Of a stretch of DNA of 64,000 nt, positions 39,523-50,480 are shown piece after piece. The translations under genes were made by a program, and so were the position numbers. The notes under the pieces are model-generated. The model was not told the origin of the DNA. It did not search any database and saw only the letters and a program-made list of their open reading frames with translations. The DNA is taken from the NCBI GenBank assembly GCA_965116875.1, contig OZ220733.1, positions 4,960,001-5,024,000 on the forward strand. The letters are read 5' to 3'. Positions within the stretch are counted from its first letter, which is position 1. Each line of letters opens with the position of its first letter. The DNA comes from Candidatus Latescibacterota bacterium. GTDB lineage: Bacteria; Latescibacterota; UBA2968; GCA-2709665.

Positions 39523-41889
39523 TCACCGCCCTTCCAGCCATCCCCGGGCGTCGATTCCCTTTTCATCGATCCGGATCTCTACGGCGCCGACCTCGTCGGT
39601 CCTGTAGATGGAAATCCCCATTGCCTCGCAGCGCTGGATCACCTCGCGGGACGGATGGCGGAATCTGTTCCGGACACCGCACGAGATGGCCACAAGATCC
39701 GGTCGTACTGCGCTCAGGAAAGCAGCGGTGGACGAAGTTCGGGATCCATGGTGCGCCGCCTTCAGCACCTCGGCATGCAGCAGATCCCCCCACCGCAGGA
39801 GATCCGGATCCGTTTCATGCTCAATGTCGCCCGTCAGCAGAACAGCAGAGCCTCCATGCTTCAGTCGGATCACCACGGAACCGTTGTTCAGGCCCATCGG
39901 CGCAGCGCCATGCCTCGAAACGTAATCCGGCGTCGGATGCAGTACGAGGGCGTCCACACCGCCCAGCCCTCCAAGCCGGTCTCCCGCCTCGATCGTCATA
40001 TAGCGTACGCCCTTTTCCCGGATCAGAGTCCGGATCCGACGGGCGGTCCATGAGTCGTAGAATTGCCCGGCGTCGAGGTACCAGCCAACTTCCACCCTTT
40101 CCAGGAGCGTCACGAATCCACCAATGTGATCGCTGTGGGGATGAGACGCGACCACGGCGTCGATCCGGTTGATTCCCTCAGCCTTGAGAAACGGGATCAG
40201 TACCCGTTCACCCATGTCGATGTTCAACGCGCGCAAGCCGCTGTCTACCAGCATCGTCCTCCCGTTCGGGAACCTTATAAATATCCCGTCGCCCTGGCCC
40301 ACGTCCAGTACCAGCATACGCAGGTCAGCGGGGCGCGGCCACACTCCCGACCAGACCCAGAGATTCGCAAGTGACAGTCCCGCGATCACAAGCCGCCGGC
40401 CCCACGGTCCGGACCTCGTCTCCGGAAGAATCAGAAGCGCGGCACACAGATACAGCCCTGTTACAGTCCATCCGGGTCCTCGCATTTCCACGGCGGCCCA
40501 CGCCGGCGAGGCGAACCATTCCGCGGTCTGGATGGCGCCCTTCAGGACAGCCCAGTTCGCACCGTTCAACAACGACGCGACCGGCGCAGACACGTGATAG
40601 ACGATGACCCCAAGCAACCCCAGCGCAACGGCGGCCGCCATCAGAGGTACCACAATCAGGTTGGCGAGGATAGAGACCACCGAGAGAAGTCCGAAATAGG
40701 TCAGCACGAGAGGGAGCGTGCCTATCTGTGCGGCCAACGACACCGCGAGCGGCGCCCATACCCAATGACCGATGCCGCCCTCGCCGGCCCCGGGCAGGCA
40801 GCCGCGGACAGGCCGATAGAAAATCAGGATTCCACCGGTCGCGGAAAAAGAGAGCTGAAAGCCAACGTCGAACAGGTCCTGCGGCCTGAAAATCAGGATG
40901 ACCAGGGCTGCCAGGCCGAGAGAATTGAGTCCCTCGCCCTGCGTGTTTCCCAGGCGCCCCCAGATGGTAATCGCGCACATCATGGATGCCCGGACAACCG
41001 ATGGCGGCAGGCCCGTGACCAGCGCATAGAGCAGCACAGCGCCTATGGTGGCCCAGGCGGTCGCCTTCCTTCCGCATCCGACCGCGCCGAGTGCAAAAAA
41101 CACCACCGCGGCAATCAGGCCAACGTGCAGGCCCGAGACCGCGAGTACGTGGTTGACCCCGGCCCGGGTAAACGCGGTACGGACGGGGTCGGGAACCCCG
41201 CGTTTTTCGCCCAGCAGGATCCCGTTCAACAGCCCTGCCGGACCACCGGACAGATTGCACGCGACCCCGGCGCGCACGCCTCTGCGCACCGGCAGCACCA
41301 CGTACGTCCACAGCCAGCCTCCCCTGCCCGGGCGGATTTCGAGAATCTGTTCCCTCCTTGACAAGGAGCCCATGGCATGGATTCCCTTCCGCTCCAGGAA
41401 GGCGCGGTAATCGAACGCGCCCGGATTCCTGGATGGATGGGGACGGCGAAGGTGCAACCGCGTCGTCAGACGGTCCCCATAATCCACGTCCGGCCGGAAC
41501 TTGCGGAACCGCAGGAGAACCGTTCCCTGAATCGCATACACTGTGTCGCCAACGGTGATCCGCTCTGAGGCGACCCGAAGGCGCAACCCGTCTTCCATCC
41601 ATTCGGGTTCCTCAGCCGCGCGCCCGTCAAGCACGACAGGACGGTCTCGTCCGGCAAACCGTGCGACGTGGTCTTCGGGCAACCCCTTCATCACGCTTTC
41701 GTATCGCATCGCCCCCAGAACGAGCAGCAGGGCTGCCGGCCACGCGCAATGGGTCCTCGCGCTGACCAGGCACACCATCCAGAGCCCGAGGCCACCTGTC
41801 CACAGCGCCCACACGGGCACGTCCAGACGATGTGCCATGAACACCCCCGCGGCAAAGAACGCCGCGGACAGCAGCGCCGGACGCCGCAT
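39523..41889 (-). CDS. comEC: Competence protein ComEC/Rec2
   Basis: NPGAFDY, HVLAVSGLHVG, FQLSF, beta-lactamase-like DVGQGD/SHPHSDHIGG/HHGSRTS. Confidence 0.96.
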   Translation of the reverse strand: MRRPALLSAAFFAAGVFMAHRLDVPVWALWTGGLGLWMVCLVSARTHCAWPAALLLVLGAMRYESVMKGLPEDHVARFAGRDRPVVLDGRAAEEPEWMEDGLRLRVASERITVGDTVYAIQGTVLLRFRKFRPDVDYGDRLTTRLHLRRPHPSRNPGAFDYRAFLERKGIHAMGSLSRREQILEIRPGRGGWLWTYVVLPVRRGVRAGVACNLSGGPAGLLNGILLGEKRGVPDPVRTAFTRAGVNHVLAVSGLHVGLIAAVVFFALGAVGCGRKATAWATIGAVLLYALVTGLPPSVVRASMMCAITIWGRLGNTQGEGLNSLGLAALVILIFRPQDLFDVGFQLSFSATGGILIFYRPVRGCLPGAGEGGIGHWVWAPLAVSLAAQIGTLPLVLTYFGLLSVVSILANLIVVPLMAAAVALGLLGVIVYHVSAPVASLLNGANWAVLKGAIQTAEWFASPAWAAVEMRGPGWTVTGLYLCAALLILPETRSGPWGRRLVIAGLSLANLWVWSGVWPRPADLRMLVLDVGQGDGIFIRFPNGRTMLVDSGLRALNIDMGERVLIPFLKAEGINRIDAVVASHPHSDHIGGFVTLLERVEVGWYLDAGQFYDSWTARRIRTLIREKGVRYMTIEAGDRLGGLGGVDALVLHPTPDYVSRHGAAPMGLNNGSVVIRLKHGGSAVLLTGDIEHETDPDLLRWGDLLHAEVLKAAHHGSRTSSTAAFLSAVRPDLVAISCGVRNRFRHPSREVIQRCEAMGISIYRTDEVGAVEIRIDEKGIDARGWLEGR

Positions 41890-42068
41890 CCCTGCCTCCT
41901 CCGTTTCGGTCCGAAATCCCCGAACACAATTGCAAAATCCGTACCACGACAGATGAAGGCGGATCTGCCGGCTTTTGCGTTGCCAGATTGAAAGACTCGT
42001 TCAATCGATGCATCGAAAGTTCCATCAGCGACCCGTCCCACGGGACGTAAAGCCACCTGAACAATCCA

Positions 42069-42097
42069 TTGACTTTGTCGGTTGGAGATGCTATATT
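42069..42097 (+). promoter_or_regulatory. Sigma70-like promoter of the truA operon
   Basis: TTGACT-N17-TATATT. Confidence 0.65.
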
Positions 42098-42251
42098 TCG
42101 TAGCATTCCCGTCGGTTACCGGTCTGCTTTCCGGCAATTCCAGTTCGGTCTTCACCTGCGGCGTCACCGGGACCCGGTGTCCATTCCTAATACCGCGTTG
42201 GACCGTGGCCCCGTCCGCGCCGTTTCCGAAATTCAAGCCGAACCAGCTCGA

Positions 42252-42998
42252 ATGCAACGGAATATTCGGCTCCAACTGGAATACGACGGTACAGACTTCA
42301 AGGGCTGGCAGGTTCAGCCGGACCAGCGCACGGTCCAGGGAACTCTGGAATCCTGTCTGGCTTCGCTTTTGGGATATCCCATCCGCGTCATCGGCGCTGG
42401 GCGCACGGACGCAGGCGTCCACGCACTTGGACAGGTAGCCAATTTTTCCACGTCGAATGGCTTGCCGTTACAGCGGATCGGCGCAGCGCTCAACGGCATA
42501 TTGCCGCCCGATGTGGCTGTTCTCGACGTTGACGAAGTTCCGTCCACGTTTCATGCCCGTCGTTCCGCGAGGCGTCGGACGTATCTGTATCGCATTACCT
42601 ACCGCCCCAGGGCCATCGGCCGCAACGAGGCGTGGCACCTGCGAAGCAGGCTGAATATCGAGGCAATGCGGTCCGCCGCGAGCCGAACACTGGGTCATCA
42701 CGATTTCACGTCGTTCTGCGTTGCTTCGTGGGAGAAGGAGAACCGGAACTGCCGTGTTTTCGAGTGCGCCCTGGACTGCCTCGACGACGCCGTCCACGTG
42801 GAAATCTCGGCAGACCGCTTTCTCCGATCAATGGTACGCGGCATCGTCGGCACTCTGGTCCAGGTGGGCCGGGGCAAGCGCGCACCGGACGAGATCGACG
42901 CGATTCTACTGGCCCGAAACAGGCAGGATGCGGGGCCCAACGCTCCGCCCCACGGGCTGTTTTTAAAAGAAGTCTCCTACGAAGAACCGGAAGAATAG
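42252..42998 (+). CDS. truA: tRNA pseudouridine(38-40) synthase
   Basis: YDGTDFKGWQ, AGRTDAGVHA, FLRSMVR. Confidence 0.97.
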   Translation: MQRNIRLQLEYDGTDFKGWQVQPDQRTVQGTLESCLASLLGYPIRVIGAGRTDAGVHALGQVANFSTSNGLPLQRIGAALNGILPPDVAVLDVDEVPSTFHARRSARRRTYLYRITYRPRAIGRNEAWHLRSRLNIEAMRSAASRTLGHHDFTSFCVASWEKENRNCRVFECALDCLDDAVHVEISADRFLRSMVRGIVGTLVQVGRGKRAPDEIDAILLARNRQDAGPNAPPHGLFLKEVSYEEPEE

Positions 42999-43001
42999 GA
43001 C

Positions 43002-44147
43002 GTGCGGCGACCGGTCTGGATCCTTCTTGCAGGCGTCTTTACGGCATTGTACCTGTCACCTGCCGCCGAAGATCAGTCGGAAAGTGCGACTCCGGCTTCG
43101 GCCGCGGGTTCCGAAATCGACGCCTCCAGAAAAAACGCCATCGTCCGTGCGGTCGAAAGGGTCGCGCCTTCGGTCGTGGGGGTCACCACGGTGAGCCTCA
43201 AGCGGTACGACGTCGGGTATGTGCATCCGTTTTTTGATTTCTTCTCATACCGCGGCACCGTCCACAAGGAACGGCCGGGGATCGGATCCGGCGTCGTGAT
43301 CCGATCCGATGGTTACATACTCACCAACTACCACGTCGTCGAGGGCGCGCGGGAGATCACCGTCACGTTCTCCGACGGCCGGGACTTCAAGGTCCAGAAC
43401 GCGCGCACGGACGTATTGGTCGACCCCGGCGCAGACCTGGCGGTCATCCGCGTCAACGCGACAGATCTCGCTGTCCCGGACCTGGGAGATTCCGAAGACG
43501 TCATCATCGGCGAGTGGGCGATCGCCATCGGCAACCCTTTCGGGCTGCTCATCGAAGATCCCCAGCCAACCGTTACGGCGGGCGTGGTCAGCGCGGTCAA
43601 CCGCAATCTGAGACTGGAACAGGATGAGGGCGGACTCTCGTATTCCAACATGATCCAGACCGACGCGTCCATCAATCCGGGCAACAGTGGAGGTCCCCTG
43701 GTAAACGGCGTCGGGCAGGTCATCGGCATCAACACCTTCATCTTCACGAAAAGCGGAGGGTCACTCGGCATCGGTTTCGCAATCCCCATCAGCCGGGCGA
43801 AAAAAATCGCCGACCGGCTGATCGCGGGGGGCGTTCAGGAGTTCTGGGCCGGCTTCGAGTTGCACCCGAAACTGACGCGAGGGCTGGCGAACGCACTGGG
43901 GCTGTTCACGCATCAGGCGGTCCTCATCACGGGTGTGGCCGACAACAGTCCCGCGTCCCGCGCAAAGCTGAATCCGGGTGATCTGATCATCGCTGTAAAC
44001 GGCAAACCTGTTCAAAGCGCCGATGACGTGGAGAAGATCCTGGAAAACGCGCACGTCGGTGACGACCTGTCGTTGGAAATCGTACGTGGCCGGCTGCGGT
44101 TTGCAACACGCCTTGCGCCGGAGAAGGCGCCTGCCGGGCAGCAATAG
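43002..44147 (+). CDS. HtrA/DegP-like serine protease with one PDZ domain
   Basis: TNYHVV, DLAVI, QTDASINPGNSGGPL. Confidence 0.95.
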   Translation: MRRPVWILLAGVFTALYLSPAAEDQSESATPASAAGSEIDASRKNAIVRAVERVAPSVVGVTTVSLKRYDVGYVHPFFDFFSYRGTVHKERPGIGSGVVIRSDGYILTNYHVVEGAREITVTFSDGRDFKVQNARTDVLVDPGADLAVIRVNATDLAVPDLGDSEDVIIGEWAIAIGNPFGLLIEDPQPTVTAGVVSAVNRNLRLEQDEGGLSYSNMIQTDASINPGNSGGPLVNGVGQVIGINTFIFTKSGGSLGIGFAIPISRAKKIADRLIAGGVQEFWAGFELHPKLTRGLANALGLFTHQAVLITGVADNSPASRAKLNPGDLIIAVNGKPVQSADDVEKILENAHVGDDLSLEIVRGRLRFATRLAPEKAPAGQQ

Positions 44148-44188
44148 ACAATGAACGAAGAGCAGCCGAAATCCGGAGCCGATACGAC

Positions 44189-44905
44189 ATGAGAAAGAGG
44201 GCCGCCGTCCCGAGCATGGTCACACTCTGCAACCTCTGCTGCGGTTTCCTTGCGATCGCGTATGCCATGGACGGAAAACTGGTCCCGGCGGCCTGGCTGA
44301 TTGTTATCGCGGGTTTTCTCGATGCCTTCGACGGCAAACTCGCCAGGCTGATGGACTCGCCCAGTAACTTCGGGGTTCAGTTCGACTCCCTGGCCGACAT
44401 CTGCTCGTTCGGAGTGGCGCCAGCCGTGTTGATGTTCCAATATCTGCAGGGAATGCTGGATGCGGTGTGGTTGCCGTTCGCGGCCTGTTTTCTTTTCCTT
44501 CTGTGCGGTGCGCTGCGCCTGGCGAGGTTCAATGTTCAGGTCAAGGGAGACGAAAAGGAAGACTTCGTCGGCCTTCCCATTCCCTCAGCCGCAGCTACCA
44601 TGGCTGCCTATATCGTCTTTGCGGAACGGGTCTGGCAGAGCACCCGCGAACCCCACGTCGGCCTTCTGTTGTGCCTGGTTCTGGGCCTTCTCATGGTCAG
44701 CCAGTTCGGATATCCCGCCTTTCCCAGGTTCAGCATCGAAGCGCGAAGGGACCGTTGGAGACTGGGGATCGCCATCGCCGCGTTTATCCCCGTCGCGATC
44801 TTTCCGGACGAAGCATTTTTTCCGATCGCCTTCGCATTCTCGATTTCCGGCGCGGTACGGTGGCTGTCGCATCTGATCGTACATCGTGAAGTCGCGGACA
44901 TGTAA
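44189..44905 (+). CDS. pssA: CDP-diacylglycerol--serine O-phosphatidyltransferase
   Basis: DAFDGKLAR...FDSLADICSFGVAPA, ALRLARFN. Confidence 0.92.
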   Translation: MRKRAAVPSMVTLCNLCCGFLAIAYAMDGKLVPAAWLIVIAGFLDAFDGKLARLMDSPSNFGVQFDSLADICSFGVAPAVLMFQYLQGMLDAVWLPFAACFLFLLCGALRLARFNVQVKGDEKEDFVGLPIPSAAATMAAYIVFAERVWQSTREPHVGLLLCLVLGLLMVSQFGYPAFPRFSIEARRDRWRLGIAIAAFIPVAIFPDEAFFPIAFAFSISGAVRWLSHLIVHREVADM

Positions 44906-44936
44906 CGCCCGCCGGAACCGCAATGGAGTGGGGTCG

Positions 44937-45218
44937 ATGAGGAACAAGAGCGTTGGTCACCTGATTGTTGCGATCTTCGTGGGCATTCTTGCCAGCCGGG
45001 TCTTCGGTGCGGTCTTGAACCTGGTTTTCGGCGGCCTCGGCCTGGAAGACAATATGGTGTCCAGGGTGCTGGTGGATCCTCTGGTCTCTTACGAATTCTA
45101 CCCGATGCGCCTGAACCTGCTGGTGCTTACAGTCACTTTCGGCTTTTCTCTCGATTTCAACGTCCTCAGCCTGATCGGCATTGGTGCGGCGTATTATTAC
45201 GTCAAGTATTCCTACTGA
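44937..45218 (+). CDS. Small membrane protein, DUF4321-like
   Basis: Two to three hydrophobic segments, LNLLVLTVTFGFSLDFNVLSLIG. Confidence 0.65.
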   Translation: MRNKSVGHLIVAIFVGILASRVFGAVLNLVFGGLGLEDNMVSRVLVDPLVSYEFYPMRLNLLVLTVTFGFSLDFNVLSLIGIGAAYYYVKYSY

Positions 45219-45352
45219 CCCACAGTCGCGCCTGTTTGCCGGTATCGGCTGCCGCGCGATGCGGCTTCTTCGAGATTCGGCAGACGCGGAAACATCGCCG
45301 ACGGGCCCGCCGGACGATTGGACGGCGGTTCTTTACGAATGCGAGGCAAATT

Positions 45353-45577
45353 ATGCTGGGTGGAATCGGAACCTGGGAAATCCTCCTGATCTTCCTGGTC
45401 ATCCTTCTGCTGTTCGGGGCCAAACGCATTCCCGACATCGCCAAGAGCGTGGGCAAAGGCGTTACGGAATTCAAGCGAGGCCTTCGGGATATTCAGGATG
45501 AAATCGAAACCGGAGTCGATCCCCCTTCCAAGTCCGATCCCAAGACACCGGATTCGGAAAAAACCGCCAAACCGTAG
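45353..45577 (+). CDS. tatA: Twin-arginine translocase TatA
   Basis: GIGTWEILLIFLVILLLFGAKRIPDIAKSVGKGVTEFK. Confidence 0.95.
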   Translation: MLGGIGTWEILLIFLVILLLFGAKRIPDIAKSVGKGVTEFKRGLRDIQDEIETGVDPPSKSDPKTPDSEKTAKP

Positions 45578-45598
45578 AAACAGCCTCAGGGAGGAAAG

Positions 45599-47059
45599 GT
45601 GGCCGTGTCCGGGAAGCCACTGAACGAACGGCCCGCCCACGAACTGACGGCGTCGATTCTGTCGGGCAATATTACGTCCAGACAGCTTGTCGAGGCCGTT
45701 TTTCATTGCATTCGAGCGACGAATCCGGCGCTGAACACCTACATCACCCTGAATGAAAGCGAAGCGATCCGCAAAGCCGACGAGGTTGACGCCAGGGTAT
45801 CGGCCGGAGATCCGGTGGGTCCGCTGGCAGGTATCCCCGTCGCCCTGAAGGACCTTCTTTGCACCCGCGGCCTGCTCACGACCGCAGGCTCCCGCATCCT
45901 GGCGAACTTTGTTCCACCCTACGACGCGACCTCCGTTGCGCGACTGAGGGAAGCCGATGCGGTACTCGTTGGCAAACTCAACATGGACGAGTTTGCCATG
46001 GGTTCCTCCAACGAAAACTCGGCGTACGGACCCGTGCGCAATCCCCACGATCCAACGCGCGTTCCCGGCGGTTCAAGCGGCGCCAGCGCCGCCAGCGTGG
46101 CCGCGAATCAGACCGTACTCGCCCTGGGCACCGATACGGGCGGGTCAATTCGTCTGCCCGCCTCGTTCTGCGGCGCCGTCGGCCTCAAGCCCACCTATGG
46201 TCGTGTCTCCCGATACGGCCTCATTGCCTACGCGTCGTCGCTGGACCAGATCGGCCCCGTAGCACGGAACGTAAAGGATGCCGCCCTCCTGCTGAACGTC
46301 ATTGCCGGACACGACCCGCGAGACTCCACGTCCGTAGATGTACCTGTACCGGACTATACGGCGGGCCTTGAAGCGGGCGTCGCCGGGCTGACCGTCGGGC
46401 TCCCGGCGGGGTATTTCGGACAGGGCCTTGACGACGAGGTGCGTTCGGCGATCATCGGAAGTGTCGAGGTCCTGGAAAATGCCGGCGCGGAAATCCGGGA
46501 GGTCGACCTCCCCGTAGCCTGCCATCCGGCCTACTCGGTAGCCGCCTACTACATCATCGCCACCGGTGAGGCGTCCTCGAATCTCTCCCGGTACGACGGC
46601 ATCAAATTCGGCAGTCGGACAGAGGGAGATGATCTCTTCGACATGTACTGCCGAACCCGAAGCGCCGGGTTTGGAGAGGAAGTCAAGCGTCGCATCATGC
46701 TGGGCACGTACGCCCTCAGCGCAGGCTATTACGATGCCTATTATCTGAAAGCCCAGAAGGTGCGTACTCTCATCCGGCAGGACTTCGAAAAGGCCTTCGA
46801 AACCTGCGACCTTCTCGCCGCGCCCGTATCGCCAACGGCGGCTTTCCGCATTGGCGAAAAGACCAGCGACCCGCTCCGGATGTACCTGTCCGATATCTAT
46901 ACCGTTTCGGTAAACCTGGCCGGAATCCCGGGTATTTCCGTCCCCTGCGGCGTCTCAGAGGCAGGCCTGCCCATTGGACTGCAACTGCTCGCGCCGGCCT
47001 TCAGGGAAGATCGTCTGCTCAGGACCGCTAACGTGGTCGAACAGGAGTGGAACCGATGA
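45599..47059 (+). CDS. gatA: Asp/Glu-tRNA amidotransferase subunit A
   Basis: [40 protein letters not shown]. Confidence 0.97.
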   Translation: MAVSGKPLNERPAHELTASILSGNITSRQLVEAVFHCIRATNPALNTYITLNESEAIRKADEVDARVSAGDPVGPLAGIPVALKDLLCTRGLLTTAGSRILANFVPPYDATSVARLREADAVLVGKLNMDEFAMGSSNENSAYGPVRNPHDPTRVPGGSSGASAASVAANQTVLALGTDTGGSIRLPASFCGAVGLKPTYGRVSRYGLIAYASSLDQIGPVARNVKDAALLLNVIAGHDPRDSTSVDVPVPDYTAGLEAGVAGLTVGLPAGYFGQGLDDEVRSAIIGSVEVLENAGAEIREVDLPVACHPAYSVAAYYIIATGEASSNLSRYDGIKFGSRTEGDDLFDMYCRTRSAGFGEEVKRRIMLGTYALSAGYYDAYYLKAQKVRTLIRQDFEKAFETCDLLAAPVSPTAAFRIGEKTSDPLRMYLSDIYTVSVNLAGIPGISVPCGVSEAGLPIGLQLLAPAFREDRLLRTANVVEQEWNR

Positions 47060-48525
47060 AGTACGAGCCCGTCATCGGTCTTGAGGTCCATGCCCAGCTC
47101 GCCACGAGAACCAAGATATTCTGCGGCTGCGGCGTGTCTTTCGGAGACGAAGCCAATTCGCGCACCTGCCCGGTCTGTCTCGGGTTGCCGGGTGCCCTGC
47201 CCGTGTTGAACCGGGAGGCCGTAGACCATGCCATTCGCATCGCCCTGGCGGTAGGCTGCACCGTCCAGCGTCGAAGCCGCTTCCTGAGAAAGAACTATTT
47301 TTATCCCGATCTGCCAAAGGGGTATCAGATTTCCCAGTTTCAGTCCAACGAAGAAATGCCCCTGGCCACGGGAGGAGGCATCGAAATCCCCTCGGGGAAC
47401 GGCACGAAGACCGTGCGCCTCATTCGCATCCACATGGAGGAAGACGCGGGCAAGAGCATCCATGACGAAGCTTTCGTAGCCGCCGGCGAGTCTCTGGTGG
47501 ACGTCAATCGCTGCGGGGTCCCTCTCATCGAAATCGTCACCGAACCGGACATCGCTTCGCCGGAAGAAGCTTACCATTTCATGTCCCGCCTGCGCCAGTT
47601 GCTGACCTACACCGGCGTTTCGGAAGGGAACATGGAAAAGGGCCACGTGCGGATCGACGCAAACGTGTCGATCCGGCCGAGTGGAACCAGCGGACTCGGC
47701 ACGAAAGTCGAAATCAAGAACATGAACTCCATACGCAACTGCCGGCGTGCGCTCGAACTCGAAATCCTGCGTCAGATCGACACGTCCGAAGCCGGCGGCG
47801 AAATCAGACAGCAGACGCTGTTGTTCGATCCGGACCGCAGCCGGCTGCGCGCGATGCGGGGCAAGGAGTCTTCCGACGACTACCGCTATTTCCCCGAACC
47901 GGATCTCGTTCCGGTCGTCGTCGATCGTGAGTGGGTCGACCGGGTGCAGGCCACCGTCCCCGAATTGCCTCGCGAGAGACGCGCCCGTTTCGCGTCTGCC
48001 TATGGTCTCCGGACGGAACAGATCGATACGCTGGTCGCGGAACGAAATGTGGCCGACTATTTTGAAGCCGCCATATCGGCCGGGGCCGAGCCTGCAGCCG
48101 CTGCGAACTGGGTGCAAGGCGACGTCCTGCGCACGCTCAACGAGCGCAAGATCGATATAGCTGAACTCAGGGCCACCCCGGAAGGTCTGGCCGCGCTGCT
48201 CGATCTGATCGGGGCCGGCGCCATCAGTGCAAACATTGCGAGAGACGTATTCGCGACGATGGCCGAGACCGGCGCGTCGCCCGAAGCGGTCGTCGAACAG
48301 CAGGGTCTGGCGCAGATCAGCGATTCAACCGAGATCGAGGAATTGATCGCCGGCGTGATTTCGGAACACCCCGACGAGGTTGCCCGATACGGAAGAGGCG
48401 ACAGAAAGCTGCTGGGTTTCTTCATGGGGCAGATTATGAAGGCCACAAGAGGCCAGGCGAACCCCAAAGTGGCCAATCAGTTGTTGCGCCGGAAGCTGGA
48501 GGATGGGACCGCACGTCCCGGTTAG
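47056..48525 (+). CDS. gatB: Asp/Glu-tRNA amidotransferase subunit B
   Basis: [40 protein letters not shown]. Confidence 0.97.
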   Translation: MKYEPVIGLEVHAQLATRTKIFCGCGVSFGDEANSRTCPVCLGLPGALPVLNREAVDHAIRIALAVGCTVQRRSRFLRKNYFYPDLPKGYQISQFQSNEEMPLATGGGIEIPSGNGTKTVRLIRIHMEEDAGKSIHDEAFVAAGESLVDVNRCGVPLIEIVTEPDIASPEEAYHFMSRLRQLLTYTGVSEGNMEKGHVRIDANVSIRPSGTSGLGTKVEIKNMNSIRNCRRALELEILRQIDTSEAGGEIRQQTLLFDPDRSRLRAMRGKESSDDYRYFPEPDLVPVVVDREWVDRVQATVPELPRERRARFASAYGLRTEQIDTLVAERNVADYFEAAISAGAEPAAAANWVQGDVLRTLNERKIDIAELRATPEGLAALLDLIGAGAISANIARDVFATMAETGASPEAVVEQQGLAQISDSTEIEELIAGVISEHPDEVARYGRGDRKLLGFFMGQIMKATRGQANPKVANQLLRRKLEDGTARPG

Positions 48526-48527
48526 CC

Positions 48528-49208
48528 GTGAGTACCTTTCTCGTTCTCTTTGCAAGGAACCCCGAACCCGGCTCAGTCAAGACCAGACTGCATACCCGGT
48601 ACACGCCGACTCAGGCTGCTGCAATCTATCGCGCATTCATCCTGGATACCGTAAACGCCGCGAGTGAAGCGACCGCAGACCGGCGCTGCGTGGCCTGCGA
48701 CCCGCCCGGTTCCGAAGCCGTACTTTCCGATCTGGCCGGACCGGGCTGGTACCTGTTCCCGCAGGCCTGCGCCGATCTCGGCCAACGTATGTTTCAGGCC
48801 GCCCGCCACTGTTTCGATCTGGGCGCCGGACGCGTCGTGATCGCAGGAACCGACGTGCCTTCGCTGCCCCCGGACCACGTCAACCGGGCCTTCGAACTCC
48901 TTCAGGAGCACGACGTCGTACTCGGTCCCAGCATCGACGGCGGGTACTACCTGGTTGGCCTCGCCAGGCCCCTGCGCGAGATCTTCCTGGACATCGCATG
49001 GAGTACGGAGCGCGTTTTCGACCAGACGCTTGAACGGGTGCGGGCCCTGGGTGTCACCGCCGGCATCCTGCCGACCTGGTACGACGTGGACACCCCGGAG
49101 CAGTTGGACCATCTTGTCGATGACACGCGCGCGCATCTCCAGTCCGGTTCGACGGACCCCATACCACACACGCGCGCCTGTCTCTCAACCCTGAACCGCC
49201 TTGCCTGA
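48528..49208 (+). CDS. TIGR04282/DUF2064 glycosyltransferase-like protein
   Basis: P.PGSVKTRL, DLGQRM, GTDVP, LGPSIDGGYYL, DVDTPE. Confidence 0.88.
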   Translation: MSTFLVLFARNPEPGSVKTRLHTRYTPTQAAAIYRAFILDTVNAASEATADRRCVACDPPGSEAVLSDLAGPGWYLFPQACADLGQRMFQAARHCFDLGAGRVVIAGTDVPSLPPDHVNRAFELLQEHDVVLGPSIDGGYYLVGLARPLREIFLDIAWSTERVFDQTLERVRALGVTAGILPTWYDVDTPEQLDHLVDDTRAHLQSGSTDPIPHTRACLSTLNRLA

Positions 49209-49257
49209 GGGGACGGCGCAAAGGGAAGGAAACGGTGCTGACCATGAAGGAAACCGG

Positions 49258-50400
49258 ATGAAAATCGATCGCATCGAACAGTTCTTTCCACGGCCGCGCA
49301 CCCGCCTTTTGAAAATCACGACCGATAACGGTCTCACGGGATGGGGGGAAACCACGCTGGAAGGCCGGCCCGGAAGCACCGTGGCCGCTATCGAGGAACT
49401 GGCAGCCTATCTCTCGGGCAAGGACCCGCTCCGAATTCAGCACCACTGGCAGCATATCTACCGTTCCGCGTTCTATCGGGGAGGCGCCGTCCTCATGACC
49501 GCCCTGTCGGGGATCGACCAGGCGCTCTGGGACATCGCCGGCAAAACCCATGGCGCGCCCGTGTACCGGTTGCTTGGCGGACCGGTCCGGGACAGGATCC
49601 GGGTCTATGCGCACTGGGGAATCACCGGTCTTTCGGAAGAGGAGCAGGCCCAGTCAAGGCGACGACTGGACAACCTCCGGAGAACCGGAGGCTATCAGGC
49701 TTTCAAGACCGGACCCGGCGGAAAGTGGCGGGGCCATGAACCCCCCGCCGTGATCGATGAATTCGTCCGCCGGGCGTACCTGATGCGGGAATGGGTGGGG
49801 CCCGACGTGGAGCTGTGTTTCGATTTTCATGGGAAGATGACGCCGGCGCTGGCGATTGAAATCTGCCACGAACTCAAGGGGATGCGTCCGATGTTCGTGG
49901 AAGAACCCGTCCCGCAGGAGAACGTGGACGCCCTGAAGCGCGTCTCCGACCGGGTCCCTTTTCCCGTCGCCACCGGCGAGCGGCTGCTCAGCAGATGGGA
50001 ATTCCGCAGGATATTCGAGAATCAGGCCGCAGCCTACATCCAGCCGGACGTTTCGCACGCCGGAGGCATTTCCGAAACCCTCAGGATTGCGAACATGGCC
50101 GAAGTTTACTATATGCACATCATGCCCCATTGCGCCATCGGACCTGTCGCGTTCACGTCATGCCTGCACGTCGATGCCGTTGCGCCCAATTTTCTGATTC
50201 AGGAGCAGGTCGACGCTTGCCTTGGAGAAGGACTGCTGCAGAACCCCTGGCGGGTGAAGGACGGACACATTCTGCTGCCCACGGAACCCGGACTGGGCAT
50301 TGAACTCGATGAACGCGAAGTCCGGAGAGCGTGCAGGTACACGGAGGAACTCGGCGGCGAATACACGTATGAGTCCGACGGGAGCGTGGCCGACTGGTAG
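49258..50400 (+). CDS. dgoD: Galactonate dehydratase-like (mandelate racemase/enolase superfamily)
   Basis: FYRGGAVLMTALSGIDQALWDI, DFHG, FVEEP, ATGERL, C-terminal DGSVADW. Confidence 0.8.
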   Translation: MKIDRIEQFFPRPRTRLLKITTDNGLTGWGETTLEGRPGSTVAAIEELAAYLSGKDPLRIQHHWQHIYRSAFYRGGAVLMTALSGIDQALWDIAGKTHGAPVYRLLGGPVRDRIRVYAHWGITGLSEEEQAQSRRRLDNLRRTGGYQAFKTGPGGKWRGHEPPAVIDEFVRRAYLMREWVGPDVELCFDFHGKMTPALAIEICHELKGMRPMFVEEPVPQENVDALKRVSDRVPFPVATGERLLSRWEFRRIFENQAAAYIQPDVSHAGGISETLRIANMAEVYYMHIMPHCAIGPVAFTSCLHVDAVAPNFLIQEQVDACLGEGLLQNPWRVKDGHILLPTEPGLGIELDEREVRRACRYTEELGGEYTYESDGSVADW

Positions 50401-50480
50401 GTGAATCCAATTCTTCCGATGGACGCCATACCGGGGCATGGGCCGGCGACCGCGCGGGCGATTGCGCGGTACATTTCAGG

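Noticed and set aside
45599-48525. Missing gatC as a novelty
   Set aside because: gatC is often encoded elsewhere; its absence cannot be judged from this window.
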